A stretch of DNA of 60,000 nucleotides from Malacoraja senta (Eukaryota), in the NCBI GenBank assembly GCA_038087875.1, contig CM075993.1, forward strand, positions 1,056,001 through 1,116,000, read 5' to 3'. The notes beneath the pieces are model-generated. The model did not search any database. It was not told the origin of the DNA and saw only the letters and a list, made by a program, of their open reading frames with translations. The position numbers and the translations under genes were made by a program. Positions 12,057-26,130 of the stretch are shown here, piece after piece (the first letter of the stretch is position 1; each line of letters starts with the position of its first letter).

Positions 12057-13698
12057 TTAACAAAACAAAATGTATAATATGGTGTAGACAGCCCTATTGA
12101 TGGAAGAACAACGTAACGGCAATTATATTGAAAAGTGGAGATAATTATTTTCATAATGAAAAGTTTAGAAGGATTTTGGTAAGGTCAGGGGTCAACTCTT
12201 CCAGGGAATTGGCATGGTTTGGATTGGCTGAACTGTCTATGACTGGATGCTGTGTGTGGGAAGGAACTGCAGATGCTGATTTAAACCGAAGATAGACACA
12301 AAAAGCTGGAGTAACTCAGCGGGACAGGCAGCATCTCTGGAGAGAAGGAATGGGCGTTGCTCCGGGTCGAGACCCTTCTTCAGATGGATGTTGTATTTCA
12401 CAGGCTGCAACTCACGTGAAAAGAGCTGACGTCTGCATCCCTCTGCGACAGGCTGCACGTCATCCCTTCACACCAGCATCACTCCCTCGCACATACATGG
12501 CTCTGAAGCATATACGGCACACATCCCTGGACACAAACATCAAGCCCCCCATACACATACATCCCTTCACTGTACACAACCCTTCTCACATACATCACTC
12601 ACTTCCCACCCTTCACTCATTAGACTTGGCGCCTTTATGTCACAACCTATCTTCTATTTATATCTCCCACACTTCTTCCCATTCCAACACAAAGAATAGT
12701 GCAAGGGATGATTCATTCCCTGTAAGGAAGTTGGCAAAAAGAAAAGCTGACGCAGATTTGAAGCAGCAAATCTCTCATGTTTTGTCCTTACAGGCGAGCA
12801 GTCCTGAGCTGCTGGGCAGAGCAAGCTGTTAAATATTCATGACGAGACGTGATTTACAGTCAGCACCAGAAAACTATCTTGCACCGAATATTCTCAGCCT
12901 CGTGTGGGGCAGCAGACATTCAAATAACTTCACGTATAACCCCTGCATTCCCTCTCTCTCCCCATCCCTCCCCCACCCAAGTCATACCAGCTTCAAAATC
13001 GTCATAGACACATCTCTGGAGAGAAGGAATGGGTGACGTGAAGAGTCTCGACCCGAAATGTCACCCGTTCCTTCTCTCCAGAGATGCTGCCTGTCCCGCT
13101 GAGTTACTCCAGCTTTGTCCACCTTTGATTTAATCCAGTATTTACATTTCTTTCCTTCACATTCAAAGATGTCACATTAAGTCTCATTGTCTGTATTTGT
13201 TTTGACCTAAGAAACATCTAACAATGGCCTGTTTCCTTTATCATCATTACTTTTTTGCTTATCTTTCATTCATTTGTTCTATATCTCTCAACATCACTGT
13301 CTATATCTCTCATTTCCCTTTCCTCAGACTCTCAGTCTGAAGAAGGGTCTCGACGCAAAACGTCACCCATTCCTTCTCACCAGAGATGCTGCCTGTCCCG
13401 CTGAGTTACTCCAGCTTTTTGCGTCTATCTTCGGTTCAAACCAGCATCTGCAGTTCCTTCCTGCACAGACATTCCAGCCAGCTACATTTCTGATTTTAGG
13501 TTAGGAGTTTTGTAACATTTGTAGCATCCAAAGTCTCAGGCTAAAATATTCATCCAAGAAATCTGCTTCCTCTCATATCTCGATTTATCACTTTGTAAAA
13601 ACGCAGGAAGTAACCGCAGTGTGGAGTGAAGTTTGTGGTTGGATTGAGACCACAAGTATAAGTGTTAATGCAAAACGATAACATTTAGCATTGCAAGT

Positions 13699-13885
13699 AG
13701 ACAAAAAATGCTGGAGAAACTTAGCGGGTGAGGCAGCATCTATGGAGAAAAGGAGTAGGTGACGTTACGGGTCGATACCCTTCTTAGGGACTCGACCCGA
13801 AACGTCACCTTTTCTCCATAGATGCTGCCTCACCCGCTGAGTTTCTCCAGCATTTTATGTCTACTATCGATTTTTCCAGCATCTT
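13699..13885. mobile_element. Head-to-head palindromic PLE terminal insertion
   Basis: Inverted arms around a hammerhead remnant; degraded TSD beginning AACATTTAG. Confidence 0.75.
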
Positions 13886-14974
13886 AAACATTTAGGATAA
13901 CAATCAGAAACGCATGATTGGGGGAAGGGACCAACTCTTCTCATAAATCTACCCGAGATAAGAGATGCTTGGTCACAGTCTGTCCCACATAGCTGCCATC
14001 TGTCGTTTTGCAGCCCACTCACGCTCAGAAACCATCTCACTTCACCCAGGGTCTTTTAAAGGAAGTGGCTGTAGAGATAGTGGATGCATTGTATTATGAT
14101 CTACCAAATCCCCCTGAATACAGCAGAGATCTCAGAGGACTGAAAAACCACAAATGTCACAACACTATTCAAGAAAGGATGGGGACGGAACGCAGGAAAC
14201 CAAATGCCTAATGTTTATCATTGGGGAAAATGTTGGAATCCATTTTTTATTTTTCAGATTAGTTTATCATCATATGCCCCAGGGTGCAATGGAATTCCTT
14301 GTTAGCATGAAGCTCATAGTAAACAGAATAGAGAAACGAAGAATACATTAATAAATACAACAACGAAAGCACAATAGCAGAATGATGGAAAAATTGTAGT
14401 GCAATCTCAAGTAGTGACACGGATAGGACAAGGTTTGGAGGGATATGGGCCAAACGCAGGCAGGTGGTGCGAGTGTAGCCGGGACATGTTGGCCAGTATG
14501 GGCAAGTTGGGCCGAAGGAGAATAACTGAATGCGGTAAAATGAAGAGTGAGATTACGTGGCAGCATCTCTGGGAAGTGGGTGTGAAAGTAGTGATTGGTT
14601 CAGGAGCCTGAGAGCGTTGAGGAAGACGCTGCTCTTAAATCTGGACATTATCATTAGTTTATTATTGCGTTCTGTACCAAGATACAGTGTAAACTTATTT
14701 CAACGCTCTCCAGTCAAATCATACCACGCATAATTACAATTGGGCCGTACGCAAGGTGGCGCAAAGAGACAAAAAACAGAGTACAGAAAAGTTTTAGGGT
14801 TAAAGAGAAAGTGCAGCTAAGAAAAAAAGAAAAAAACTGCAAGGGGCACAACCAGGTATCTTGACAGATTAGGATCACCCCTTTATTTGATGAGTGGACT
14901 ACTCAGCGATCTGATAACAGCGGGGAAGAGGCTATCCCCAGATTTGTTGGCAGATGCTTTGAAGTTGAATGAAA

Positions 14975-15302
14975 GGAACTTTCTGGAACTCTCTGCCACA
15001 GAGGGTAGTTGAGGGTAGTTGAGGCCAGTTCATTGGCTATATTTAAGAGGGAGTTAGTTGAATGAAAGCAACTCTCTGGAACTCTCTGCCACAGAGGGTA
15101 GTTGAGGCCAGTTCATTGGCTATATTTAAGAGGGAGTTAGATGTGGCCCTTGTGGCTAAAGGGATCAGGGGGTATGGAGAGAAGGCAGGTACGGGATACT
15201 GAGTTGGATGATCAGCCATGATCATATTGAATGGCGGTGCAGGCTCGAAGGGCCGAATGGCCTACTCCTGCACCTATTTTCTATGTATCTATGTATCTAT
15301 GA
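14975..15302 (+). mobile_element. HER1/CR1 3' end with a junction duplication
   Basis: Same 3' UTR family as the other copies; the first ~85 bp is duplicated. Confidence 0.85.
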
Positions 15303-16947
15303 AAGATACGATTCTGAGTTGTTGGTCTGGGGGTGGGAGATTGCAACCTTCACGTGGTCCAGCCCGTTTCGACGAATGCAATCAACCTGGCGTGCACAAA
15401 CAGAAGATCAAACAGGACAAGTTGTCTAACAACTTTAGGCTGTGCACGCCATACGCAAGAAGAAGAAGTGAATGCTCTGGTGTGGATACCCGGAGCTAGG
15501 AGACATGGTTGCACGATCAGGGATTGTTCCTTCAAGATTTAGTTGAACTGCGATTTCTTCTCAGAGTGCGTTGGAAATCTTCTCAGATCATCATCACCAT
15601 CATCATCATCATCATCGTTGAAAACATCAACATGTCGTACAATGCCGTGTACGACAGTGATCGCAACTTCTACTGAAGTGTGGATGGCCGTTGGCTCGCT
15701 AGGAGCTCATCCACCCTTTGACACGTCTTGTTTTTGGTCCTGCTGGGGGTCCACAGCCCCCTCCTCACCTGGCAAACCAGGTGGGGGAGACGGTTTAGTC
15801 GCCGACTATCTGACCATGGAGCAGGTAGCACGGGATTACATGGTACAATTCATACATCTTTTCCACAAAAACTATTGACAAAGAATAATGAGAAAGCAAC
15901 CTTAAGAAATGATCTGCAAATGAACATTTTATATTGTTCAGCAGCGAACTAGAGGAGACTGCAATGCTGATGCAAGTGGCTCCTTTAAGCCAGTGGGCAG
16001 CTGTACTATCAGCTGTGGTGTCTGTGTGAGATGCGGCCTGGTTTGTTCATTGTGAAAGGGCAGTGTACTGGTCTGGTGATGGTGCCTTACATCTCCCCCT
16101 CACGTTCCCCTCGTTGATGAATGGTGAAGGACAGCCCCCTGCTGTCCAATCCACTCCTCACAGCTCTCATGATAGGGCGACACAGTGGTGCAGCGGGTAG
16201 TGCTGCTGCCTCACAGTGCCAGAGACTCAGGTTCCATCCTGACCTCGGGTACTGTTTGTGTGGAGTTTGCATGCTCTCCCTGTGACCTAGTTGGTATGGA
16301 TCGCTCTATGAATCAAACTCTTAATCTAAGGAGTGTGACTGTCTTTTAGAACTAAGATTCCAGATAACACATTGATACATATTTCAGACCCAAGTTCATG
16401 AAGACAAAGATCCTGATGCCGTAGACTTTTATTGCAGGTGGGTTAACCCAGTTCCCTTAGCTTCCAACTTCTACCGCTGCCACATTGTACTCCCTGGAAC
16501 AGCGGAGGCTGAGGGGAGAACTGAAGGAAGTATATCAAATTATGAGAGGCACAGATAGGGTAGAGAGTCAGAACTTTGTACCCAGAGTGAAAATGTCAAA
16601 GACTAGAGGGCAGAGCTTTAAGGTGAAAGGGGAAAAGTTTAAAGAAGATGTGCAAACTGAGTTATTTAAGAGAGTGGTGGGTGCCAGGGGTGATGGTCGA
16701 GACAGATATAGTGGAATTTAAAAAGCTTTTTTCAATCTCTTACCTTGCCGGAGATGCGATTGTTTTCCGGATCGTATCTCTGGTTTCTCTGCGGCCTAAC
16801 ATCGTGGAGCTGGAGGCCTCGCTCGGGACGGACTTTGAGCCCCACCCCGGGGACGTGGACTTATCATCGGAGCCGATCCCTTGCCTGGGATCGACGCTCC
16901 AACCTCGGCCTGCGGACTTTAACATCAGGGAGCTCGCAGTCTCGGGT

Positions 16948-17240
16948 TGAGACCGATCCTCGGGATAGTTCAACTACGGTACCTATCCCACCACGGGTTC
17001 GATCCTCGTTTCTGCCTGTTCAAGCCCTCTAGGCCTCGCTCAGACAGAGACACTCCAGAAGGTCACGCAGTCCCAAGCGCTCTCCCAGAAGATCAACGCT
17101 GAGCCTCGTGATAGCGGACTTTTATATGTCCCGGGACCTCGAGGGGCCGAACCACATGGGGGTGGTCTCTTAACAACCCAATTACAGATATCAATTAACC
17201 CCATACATAGCAGGCATTTCCCTAACCCAATAATACAACA
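16948..17240 (-). mobile_element. Possible LTR fragment
   Basis: Minus strand begins TGTTGTATT and contains a TATA-like CATATAAAAG followed by a CpG-rich tract. No TSD confirmed. Confidence 0.35.
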
Positions 17241-18319
17241 TTTCAATACATGTACAAGAAAGAAAGCTCTCGAAGGAAGCAAACAAAAACAAACATTGAA
17301 ACATGTGCCCTGAGATTCAAACTATTTCTCCAAGGCTCAACAGTTCGACCAATCATCAATTAACAGGATGACCATCTTGCAACATTATGCACACTGTTTA
17401 CAATTATTTTGCAGCGATCCAATAGAAATTATGCATTTAAGGTTAGTTTGCAAAACCACTATACATGTTATCAATTTAAGAGAAACAGGAACACCTGAAT
17501 CCCTTACCATCCTGCATATCAATCTGAGCCTAGACTGGCTGGCGCCATTCAAAGCCTGTAAAGTTCAGCTGACAAGCGTTAAGGTAATTCTGACAAGTGC
17601 AGGTTATGGTGTCTTTAATTTAGTCAATATTAACACTACATCCACAGAGATGGGTCTGGACTACACACAGACAGGATGTGTAGGAAGGAACTGCAGATGC
17701 TGGTTTAAACCGAAGATAGCCACAAAACTCAGCGGGACAGGCAGCATCTCTGGAGAGAAGGAAAGGGTGACGTTTCGGGTCGAGACCCATCTTCAGACAG
17801 CAGATGGCTTGGAATATACATGGGAGGATCAGGCAGGTCAGTGCATACAGTATGAAAGACCGCACAGGAGAGAGGGGTTGGTGTGACCTGAATTAGAGGT
17901 GGGATACAGGTTGAAATTTAATCACAAGGACAGACAGCTGAGAAATGGGACAGAGATGAATGGGCATGCAATGAATTCTGCGGGATTTGCCACGGAGAGA
18001 AATTGTTGCAATCTTCACACATTTTATAAATAATTTGAAATTGAGTCCAGGAAGAGAGGTGCTGTATAAAAGATACCAGTGAGGGTATGGCTCAGTAGAT
18101 GAAGTTGTAGGGAATTACTGAATCAAATCTATCATATACTGCATTACCCGTCCCAAGGGGAGGCTCCTCCAATCCGTCAAAGCCAGTGTCCTTTGTGCAG
18201 ATCCTCATGCACTACCATTGCGGACAGCTGAGTAGTCACTTCTAATAAATCTACGTGCCCATTCAGTGGTCTCTGATACTACAATTACTTCATCCTGAAC
18301 CAGCCATTTGTTTGGAATC

Positions 18320-18735
18320 TTAGAAACATAGGTGCAGGAGTAGGCCTTTCGGTCCTCCGAGCCAGCACCGACATTTAATATGTTCATGGCTGATCTTCAA
18401 AAATCTGTAACCCATTCCTGCTTTTTCCCCCAACATCCCTGATTCCTTTAGCCCTAAGAGCTAAATCTAACTCTCTCTTGAAAACATTCAGTGAATTGGC
18501 CTCCACTGCCTTCTGTGGCAGAGAATTTCACAGATTCACAACTCTGGGTGAAATGGCCTACCCCTTATTCTTAAACTGTGACCCCTGGTTCTGGACTCCC
18601 CCAACATCGGGAACATTTTTCCGGCATCTAGCCTGTCCAATCCTTTAAGAATTTTATATGTCTCTATAAGATACCCTCTCACCCTACATTCCAGTGAATA
18701 CAAGCCCAGTCGCCCTATTCTTTCATCATATGTCA
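18320..18735 (-). mobile_element. HER1/CR1 LINE 3' end
   Basis: LIETYKILKGLDRLDAGKMFP...TRGHSLRI plus 3' UTR. Confidence 0.85.
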
Positions 18736-18869
18736 TATTTACCCACAAACTCCTGTGCAAGCTCAGAATGTGACCCTGTTCAGGATCAGAGGTTGCAGGA
18801 AGCAAGGGAGGGAAGTGTGGTGGCCCTGGCAGAGATACAGGCACCTTCGTTTGCCACAGGTTGAGTGCC

Positions 18870-20030
18870 AGAAGACTGGAGGGTGACCAATGTTGTGCCG
18901 TTATTCCCAAAGGGCAGTGAGGAAAACCATGAAAATCAGGTCCCACAAACCTGTTGGAGTTTGTTGAAGAGGTAACCAAGAGGAAGACAGGGCGGTGGAC
19001 ATCGTCAGTATGGATTTTAGCAAGACCTTTGTGTAGGAAGGAACGGCAGATGCTGGTTTAAACTGAAGATAGACACTAAAAGCTGGAGTAACTCAGACAG
19101 CATCTCTGGAGAAAAAGAATAGATGACAACAGACAATAGGTGCAGGAGTAGGCCATTCGGCCTTTTGAGCCAGCACCGCCATTCACTGTGATCATGGCTG
19201 ATCATCCACAATCAGTACCCCGTTCCTGCCTTCTCCCCATATCCCTTGAATCCACTATCTTTAAGAGTTGGGACCCTTCTTCAGTGTGAAGAAGGGCTCC
19301 AACCCGAAACATCACCTATTCTTTTTCACTAGAGATGCTGCCTGTCCCACTGAGTTACTCCAGCTTTTTGTGTCTATCTTCGGTATAAACCAAGTCTGAA
19401 GAAGGGTCCCGACCCGAAACATCACCTATTCTTTTACACTAGGGATGCTGCCTGACCCTCTGAGTTACTCCAGCATTTTGGGTCTATCTTTGACAAGGTC
19501 CTGCATGGTAGACATCTATTAGGCTAGATGGCATGGGATTCAAAGAAGGCTAGTTAATTGGCTTGATGGTAGGAAGCAGAGGATGATGGTGGATGACAGA
19601 AAGAACTGCAGATGCTGGTTTGTGACAAAGATAGACACAAAGTGCTGGAGCAACTCAGCGGGTCGGGCAGTATATCTGGAGAAAAAGGATAGGTGCCGTT
19701 TTGGGTCGGGACCCTTCCTTAGACTCAAGATCACACTAAAGATGGCGAAGCTTATCGACATTTACAGTAGGATCTTCATCAGCTATGCCAGTGCAATTTG
19801 TGACCTCGAACCAGGGTAGGGTCTTCACAGTGAACAGATAGCGCCGTGGGGATTGTTGTTGAGCTAAGGGATCCAGGAGTACAAGCACATCATTCTCTGA
19901 AAATGGCAGCATTGATGGATGGAGTGGCGATGAAGGCTTTAGGCACCCTGGCCTTCATCAGTCAGGGAAATTAATATACAAGTTGGGACAATATGATACA
20001 GTTGTACGTGGAGTTGGTATGAGTCATAAA
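18870..20030 (+). mobile_element. Old degraded CR1 RT fragment split by nested insertions
   Basis: DWRVTNVVPLF, LLEFVEEVT and MDFSKTF|DKVLHGR continue across the 19030-19491 insert. Confidence 0.7.
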
Positions 20031-20197
20031 TGGATGATTTAGAACATTTATTAGTTTAGGCTTCAAGTTTGGTTATTACAAGTTAAAGTGTTCCCAGCGT
20101 TACGTATATCGCTGTACATGAAAAGATTGAGACATGTAGCTACATTTTTAATTGATATTCTGGCTGGCAGCTTCATGACAGTTACAAATAGTGTAAG

Positions 20198-20543
20198 GAG
20201 TGGATGTGGAGAGGGTGTTCCCACTAGTGGGAGAGTCTAGGACCAGAGGTCATAGCCTCAGAATTAAAGGACGTTCTTTAAGGAAAGGGATGAGGAGGAA
20301 TTTCTTTAGTCCGAGGGTGGTGAATCTGTGGAACTCTTTGCCACACAAGACTGTGGCGGCCAAGTCAAAGAATATTTTTAAGGCAGCGATAGATAGATTC
20401 TTGCTTAGGATGGGTGTCAAGGGTTATGGGGAGAAGGCAGGAGAATGGGGTTAGGAGGGAAATATTGATCAGCCATGATTGAATGGCGGGATAGACGATG
20501 GGCCGAATGGCCTAATTCTGCTGCTATCGCTCATGATCCTATG
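20198..20543 (+). mobile_element. CR1 LINE 3' end
   Basis: ORF 20200-20454 (RTRGHSLRI...RVVNLWNSLP). Confidence 0.85.
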
Positions 20544-21046
20544 AAATGTTCTTCTCAGGTGTATTGCACAGACTTATGATCCTTGTCAAAGCAACGCACT
20601 AACCGTTCGTCAATCCTTTTTTGGGGAAAAGTCTGACTGCTGTGGGTTGAAAATAACCAATTCTGCAAATGGTTTTGCCCTCGATCAGATAAAATGAGCT
20701 CCTTATTCACTGGAATGTGCTTTTGTTTGTGAAGTGTGGAGTTTGTTGTATTATTCATGACAGCATATACCCATTTCAAGGCTATTCAGAGACGTTATGA
20801 TGGTGCGCTGTCATTTTAAATGCTCACTGGAGCATATTTATAGCATTCTGCTTGTGGCAAACATCCCAGAAATATTACTAGCTTATCAAAACAAGTATTG
20901 GAAAGTTCCAGCTTCTCTCCCTGTGATTACAATATCTTTTGTTTAATGACTGATGCAATGCTTGACCTGTGGGAGAATTTACTACCACCAAATGAAAAAA
21001 TTATGTGACTGTACACACACACAATAGACGGAAGCTACGTCATTCC

Positions 21047-21330
21047 TGCTCCTTGACACTGCCCAGTGACCTTTGCTCCTTTATACTGCCCAGTGACCTT
21101 TGCTCCTTGACACTGCCCTGTGATCTTTGCTCCTTGACACTGCTGTGACATTTGCTCCTTGACACTGCCATGACCTTTGCTCCTTGACACTGCCATGACC
21201 TTTGCTCCTTGACACTGCCCTGTGACCTTTGCTCCTTGACACTGCCCTGTGACCTCTGCTCCTTGACACTGCCCTGTGACCTTTGCTCCTTGACACTACC
21301 ATGACCTCTGCTCTTTGACACTGTGACCTC
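21047..21330. repeat. ~27-bp minisatellite (TGACCTTTGCTCCTTGACACTGCCCTG)n, about 10 units
   Basis: Direct inspection; explains the SVKEQRSQG repeat ORF. Confidence 0.95.
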
Positions 21331-21867
21331 TGTTACCTAACACTAGCCAGTGACCTTTCTTCTTTATTGCCGTGCCATGATCTACACCCTCACCTCACCC
21401 ACCTTGCCCCACCTCTGCCCAGATCAATACACAAAGATTATTACGCCATTCACAATTTATAATCCTTCATCACTATCCAACACTATCCAGCACAGTGCCA
21501 GAGACCCGGGCTTCAGAGACCTGACTACAGGTGCTGTCTGTATGGAGTTTGTACGTTCTCACTGTTACCGCGTGGTTTCTCCAGTTCCTCCCACATTCCA
21601 GACATATAGGTTTGTAGGTTAATTGGTTTCGGCAAAATTGTTCCTAGTGTGTAGAATCGTGCTAGTCTACGGGATAATAGCTGAGCATATCACACGAGAC
21701 CTCGCCAAAGGTCTTGCTAAAATCCATATAGACATCACCCACCAACCTTCCCTGCTCAACCCTCTTAGTTACCTCATAAAAATTCTAATAGATTAGGATT
21801 TGGTTCAATGGTCACAATTCACCACGGTCAGATGGATTCTCAACACATGCCATCTCAGTGAGGAGGT

Positions 21868-22009
21868 AGACAACAGGAGATCGTCTGAGGAAGGGTCTCG
21901 ACCCGAAATATCGCCTATTCCTTCTCTCCACAGATGCTGCCTCACCCGCTGAGTTCCTCCAGCATTTTTGTCTACCTTCGATTTTTCCAGCATCTGCAGT
22001 TTTCTTAAA
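21868..22009 (+). mobile_element. PLE-derived hammerhead unit with TSD
   Basis: 17-bp TSD CATCTCAGT(G/T)AGGAGGT. Confidence 0.75.
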
Positions 22010-24289
22010 CATCTCAGTTAGGAGGTTCACTTGGACCAGGAACCAGAAGCTAGCCAAAGGAAAATGCCCCTGATAGGCAACAACCACAGAAGCAAAGCGA
22101 TGAACATTATCACTATTATTCATTCCCTCCACTGAACTAACGTCCGCTTTTTTGCAGAAAAACTTCTGGTAATCTTGCCTGTGTGCCATCTACTATATCT
22201 TGTTCTGGCAAATAGGATATGGATGACACAATGGCACAGCTGGTAGAACTACTGCCTCACAGCACTGAGTGCTGTCTGTGTGGAGTTTGCTTGTTTCCCT
22301 GTGACCCGGTTTCCTCCCACATCCCATGGGTCTGTTGGTTAATTGACCTCTGTGAATTGCCCCCTAGTGTGTAGGGAGTGGATGCAAACATGAGTACTAG
22401 TGAGAACGGGTGATCGACGGTGGGCAGGGACTCGGTGGGCCGAAGGGCCTGTTTCCCTCCAGTATCTTTCCATCAATCAAATGTGAGCATTTACTAGTTC
22501 AGTTTAGGAGAGGAAAGAAACTCCGATAAAGGAGTGTTCAAGCTAAACAGCTCTTCCAAGATGAAAGGAAGAGCCCATGATAAATGTAAAAGATCAGGCA
22601 TCTTTCTGCATGATGGGTGAGGAACTTAATCACTTGATGTTAAAGCAAATCACTTCCTCTGTGTTCAAGAGACACCTCCGTATCTGTGATGTATTAGTGC
22701 AAGTCTGCGGCAGAGGATTTACAATGAGATTTCTGAATTATATCTATTGCATCTATGTCCCCCAGCTGATGATAAGATGTTCCTGCTACTTGGCCAAAAT
22801 TATAGTCACCCATCACTATTTAGAGAAAGAGCAATTAGACCCAAGGCAAACTAATACAGATAAAACCAATTACTCAGTTATATTACAATTGTCTGATCTG
22901 TCCTCTAAGCTTAATAATTAGATAGTTAAATCCTCAAAATGCCTAACTGAGATGGCACTGCCCAAAGATGCAATTAACCCCACATCAGCCAAGAAAGTGG
23001 TGGATTTGATCACAAGAGTTATAGATACAGCCCTCACTCTGCAATACAATTGGTTTTGGTTCCCTAGGAGATGATAAGGGAATCAATCAGAATTGATATT
23101 TCACCTGATCACTATCTTTGTTTGGGCCTGGAATCAGAATGAACTGAATTTGCCAGTACCACACTCCTTCAAAATCATTTGGGGAATAAAAAGTTTGATG
23201 GAAATGTTAGAGATACAACATGGAAACATGTATAGGAAGAAACTGCAGATACTTGTTTGAGCTGTAGACACAAAATGCTGGAGTAACTCAGCGGGACAGG
23301 CAGCATCTCTGGAGAGAAGGAATGGGTGAAGTTTCGGGTCGAGACCCCTCTGCAGACTTATGTCAGGGGAGAGGGAGATACATAGATAAGGAAGAGTAAG
23401 GTGCGAAAATAGGACAAAGGGAATGGAGACCAAGCAAATGTAGAATAGATCATTGTTGGCTGGGAGTTAGCTGCTTTAAAAAAAAAATCTCTGTTCAAAG
23501 TAAACAGAGAAAAAATGTGGTCAGCGACAGTAAGACTGGTCAGAGAACTGGGAAAGGGGAGGGGAGAGAGGGAAAGCAAGGGTAACATGGAAACCCACCA
23601 AATCCATGCCAACCACCAATCTCCCTTTCACGCTAGTTCCAGGTTATCCCTCTTTCTCATCCACCCTCTGCACATTTGGGGTATTTTACAGAGGTCAATT
23701 AACCCACAAAAGAACATTTTTTGTTCCATTTTTATTGGTTTTGTGGGATTTTCTGGAATTGCGTTCAAGATCGTGTGTAGCTTGTGGTATTGGGCTTTTG
23801 AATGGCCTCTCCCATCCTTCAATTAGTCTCAGAAATACACATTGATTTTCCCCTGCAATCTTTCACTAACTCGTGGAAAATATTGAGCAGTTTATCCAAT
23901 TTGCAATAGACCAACTACTTTCTCACAGCTGTTTTTTCTTGATCTTCAATGTTCTTACCTCCTATGTCTCACATATGAGAGTAAACATTTAGTGAGGCCA
24001 GGCTGTAGAAATCACAACCATTGATTGAGCCCAGTCTCTGCTGTTTGTAGACAACTAGTTCTGTGGAGCATTTCAGACCAAAAACTCTGCAGATGGGAGG
24101 AAGCCTCTTAAAAACTGGTAAGAGCTGCTTCAGGGCATATGCAGAGGATGAAGCGTGGAAACAGGCCATTCGGCCCAACATGCCCATGCTGACCAAGATG
24201 CTGACCACCTGCCTGTGTTTGGCCAATTTCCCTCCTATCCTATCCAAGTAGGAAACAAAACCTACTTGTGGACAAGTATAAATTTTAAC

Positions 24290-26130
24290 ATTATCCAATT
24301 TCCCTTAATTTAACACTCTTTTTTTTTTGTAGTGTACATAGTGGATAATTCACACTTTTCCGTTGTTTCTTCCATCTGCTGTGATCTTGCCCACTCAGTT
24401 TGTCTCTATCTCCATGAAACCTCTGTACATCACCTCTAGACTCACCCCTCCCTTGTGATCAACAGCCAACACACGTTCTAGGAAAATTAGGCCATTCGGC
24501 CCATCACATCTCTCCACTGATCTATCTTTCCCTCTGAACCCCATTCTCCTGCCTTCTCCCCGTAACCCCTGACCTTACTAATCAAGAATCTGTCAATCTC
24601 CGCCTTTAAAATATGAATGAATTCCATAGATTCACCATCTTCTGACTATAGAAAGTCCTCCTCATCTCCCTTGTAAAGGTACGTCCTTTTATTCTCAGGG
24701 TCTCGACCCGAAACGTCACCCATTCCTTCTCACCAGAGTTGCTGCGTGTCCCGCTGAGTTAGTCCAGCTTTTTGTGTCTAACTTTTCATTATATATCTAC
24801 TTCACTTTGCTGAATCTTCTTTGTTCTCTCCTTTAGTAGAGATTCCATTATTCACAATTGTTAAGTTAATTGATCTGTAATTCCTTGCACAAGTTCAATT
24901 TGCCTTCCTAAATGCAGGTATTACTTTGGTTATCTTCAGCACTCCACACTTTTACCCAATGAATTATTAACTATAAGTAAGATTGTCCACACTATCTCTT
25001 CTCAAGATTTGTTTAAATGTGTGAATGTAATACATCCTTTCATGGGCTTTTATCTTCTTTGGGCTTCATTTAATATATCTTGTTTTCGGTTTAAACGCAC
25101 ATTTCTTTACTCATTATCTTATGTCATGTTCAATAGGTATTCTGTGTCCCTGATAAATACTGAAGCAAAGTCATGATTAAATACTGCAGCCATTTCTCTG
25201 TTATCTTTCTATTCCTTAATGGCCCTTCTCCCATCCCATTATTGATGTGTAAAATATTTAGCTACTTTATTTTATGTTCCTTGTTAATTTAATATCAGAG
25301 TTCTTGTTTGCCTTTCTATTTTTTTAAAATCCTTTCCTAAACTCTCTAATACCATCAGTCTTCTGCTGCGTTTATTTAATGCATGCCTCTTTCTTGACCC
25401 TAAATTATTTTCTTGCTTCTTTATTTAACTATGAAGCCACGAGCTGTTTTAATGGCGCGTACATTTCCTGCACTCTAAATATCATTGAGTTATAGAGTGG
25501 TACAGCGCAGAAACAGGCCCATCGGCCCACCACGTTCCACGTCTATGCTGTCCATCATGCTCATCTATGGGTCTGGTGGCACAGCGGTAGAGTTGCTGCC
25601 TCACAGCGTCAGGGACCCTAGTTCTATCCTGACTACTGGTGCTGTCTGTAGGGAATTTGTACGTTCTCCCCATGACCTGCGTGGGATTTCTCCGGGATCT
25701 CCGGTTTCCTCCCACACTCCTAAGACAAACACGCTTGTAGGTTAACTGGGTTCGGTAAAAAATTGTAAATTGTCCCTAATGTGTGTAGGATAGTGTTAGC
25801 GTGGACAGGGACTCGCTGGGCCAAAGGGCATGTTTCCACGCTGTATCGTTAAACTATACTAATCCCACTTGCCTGTACGTATTAATTCCATATCCCTCCT
25901 TCTTGCTCATTCAATTGTTTTCAAACCAAATCATTTTAAATGCATTTTATTGCTGTTAGCCGATATTGTTATCCATTTTATCTTTCCAAGTTTGAATCTC
26001 AGACCTTCAAATCAGCTGTTGTCCAATACATTAATAATAGATCTTGCATTAGTTAGGCACATCTCTCGTATCCTCTTAAAATATTTTACATCTGGTTACT
26101 ATTGGCGGAACGTGTTCCTGAACCGACACT
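24290..26130 (-). mobile_element. Ancient fragmented CR1 ORF2 remnants
   Basis: Degraded motifs such as EMAAVFNHDFASVF (~25145-25196), interrupted by younger SINE and PLE copies. Confidence 0.5.
25569..25860 (+). mobile_element. HE1-like SINE (partial copies at ~2705, 4830, 7086, 7757, 16175, 21490, 22228, 32230, 49650, 49880, 51037)
   Basis: Same A/B box, central domain and tail. Confidence 0.82.

Noticed and set aside
21040..21321. SVKEQRSQG repeat ORF and CRISPR-like periodicity
   Set aside because: Head-to-tail minisatellite with no unique spacers, no cas genes, and a eukaryotic context.
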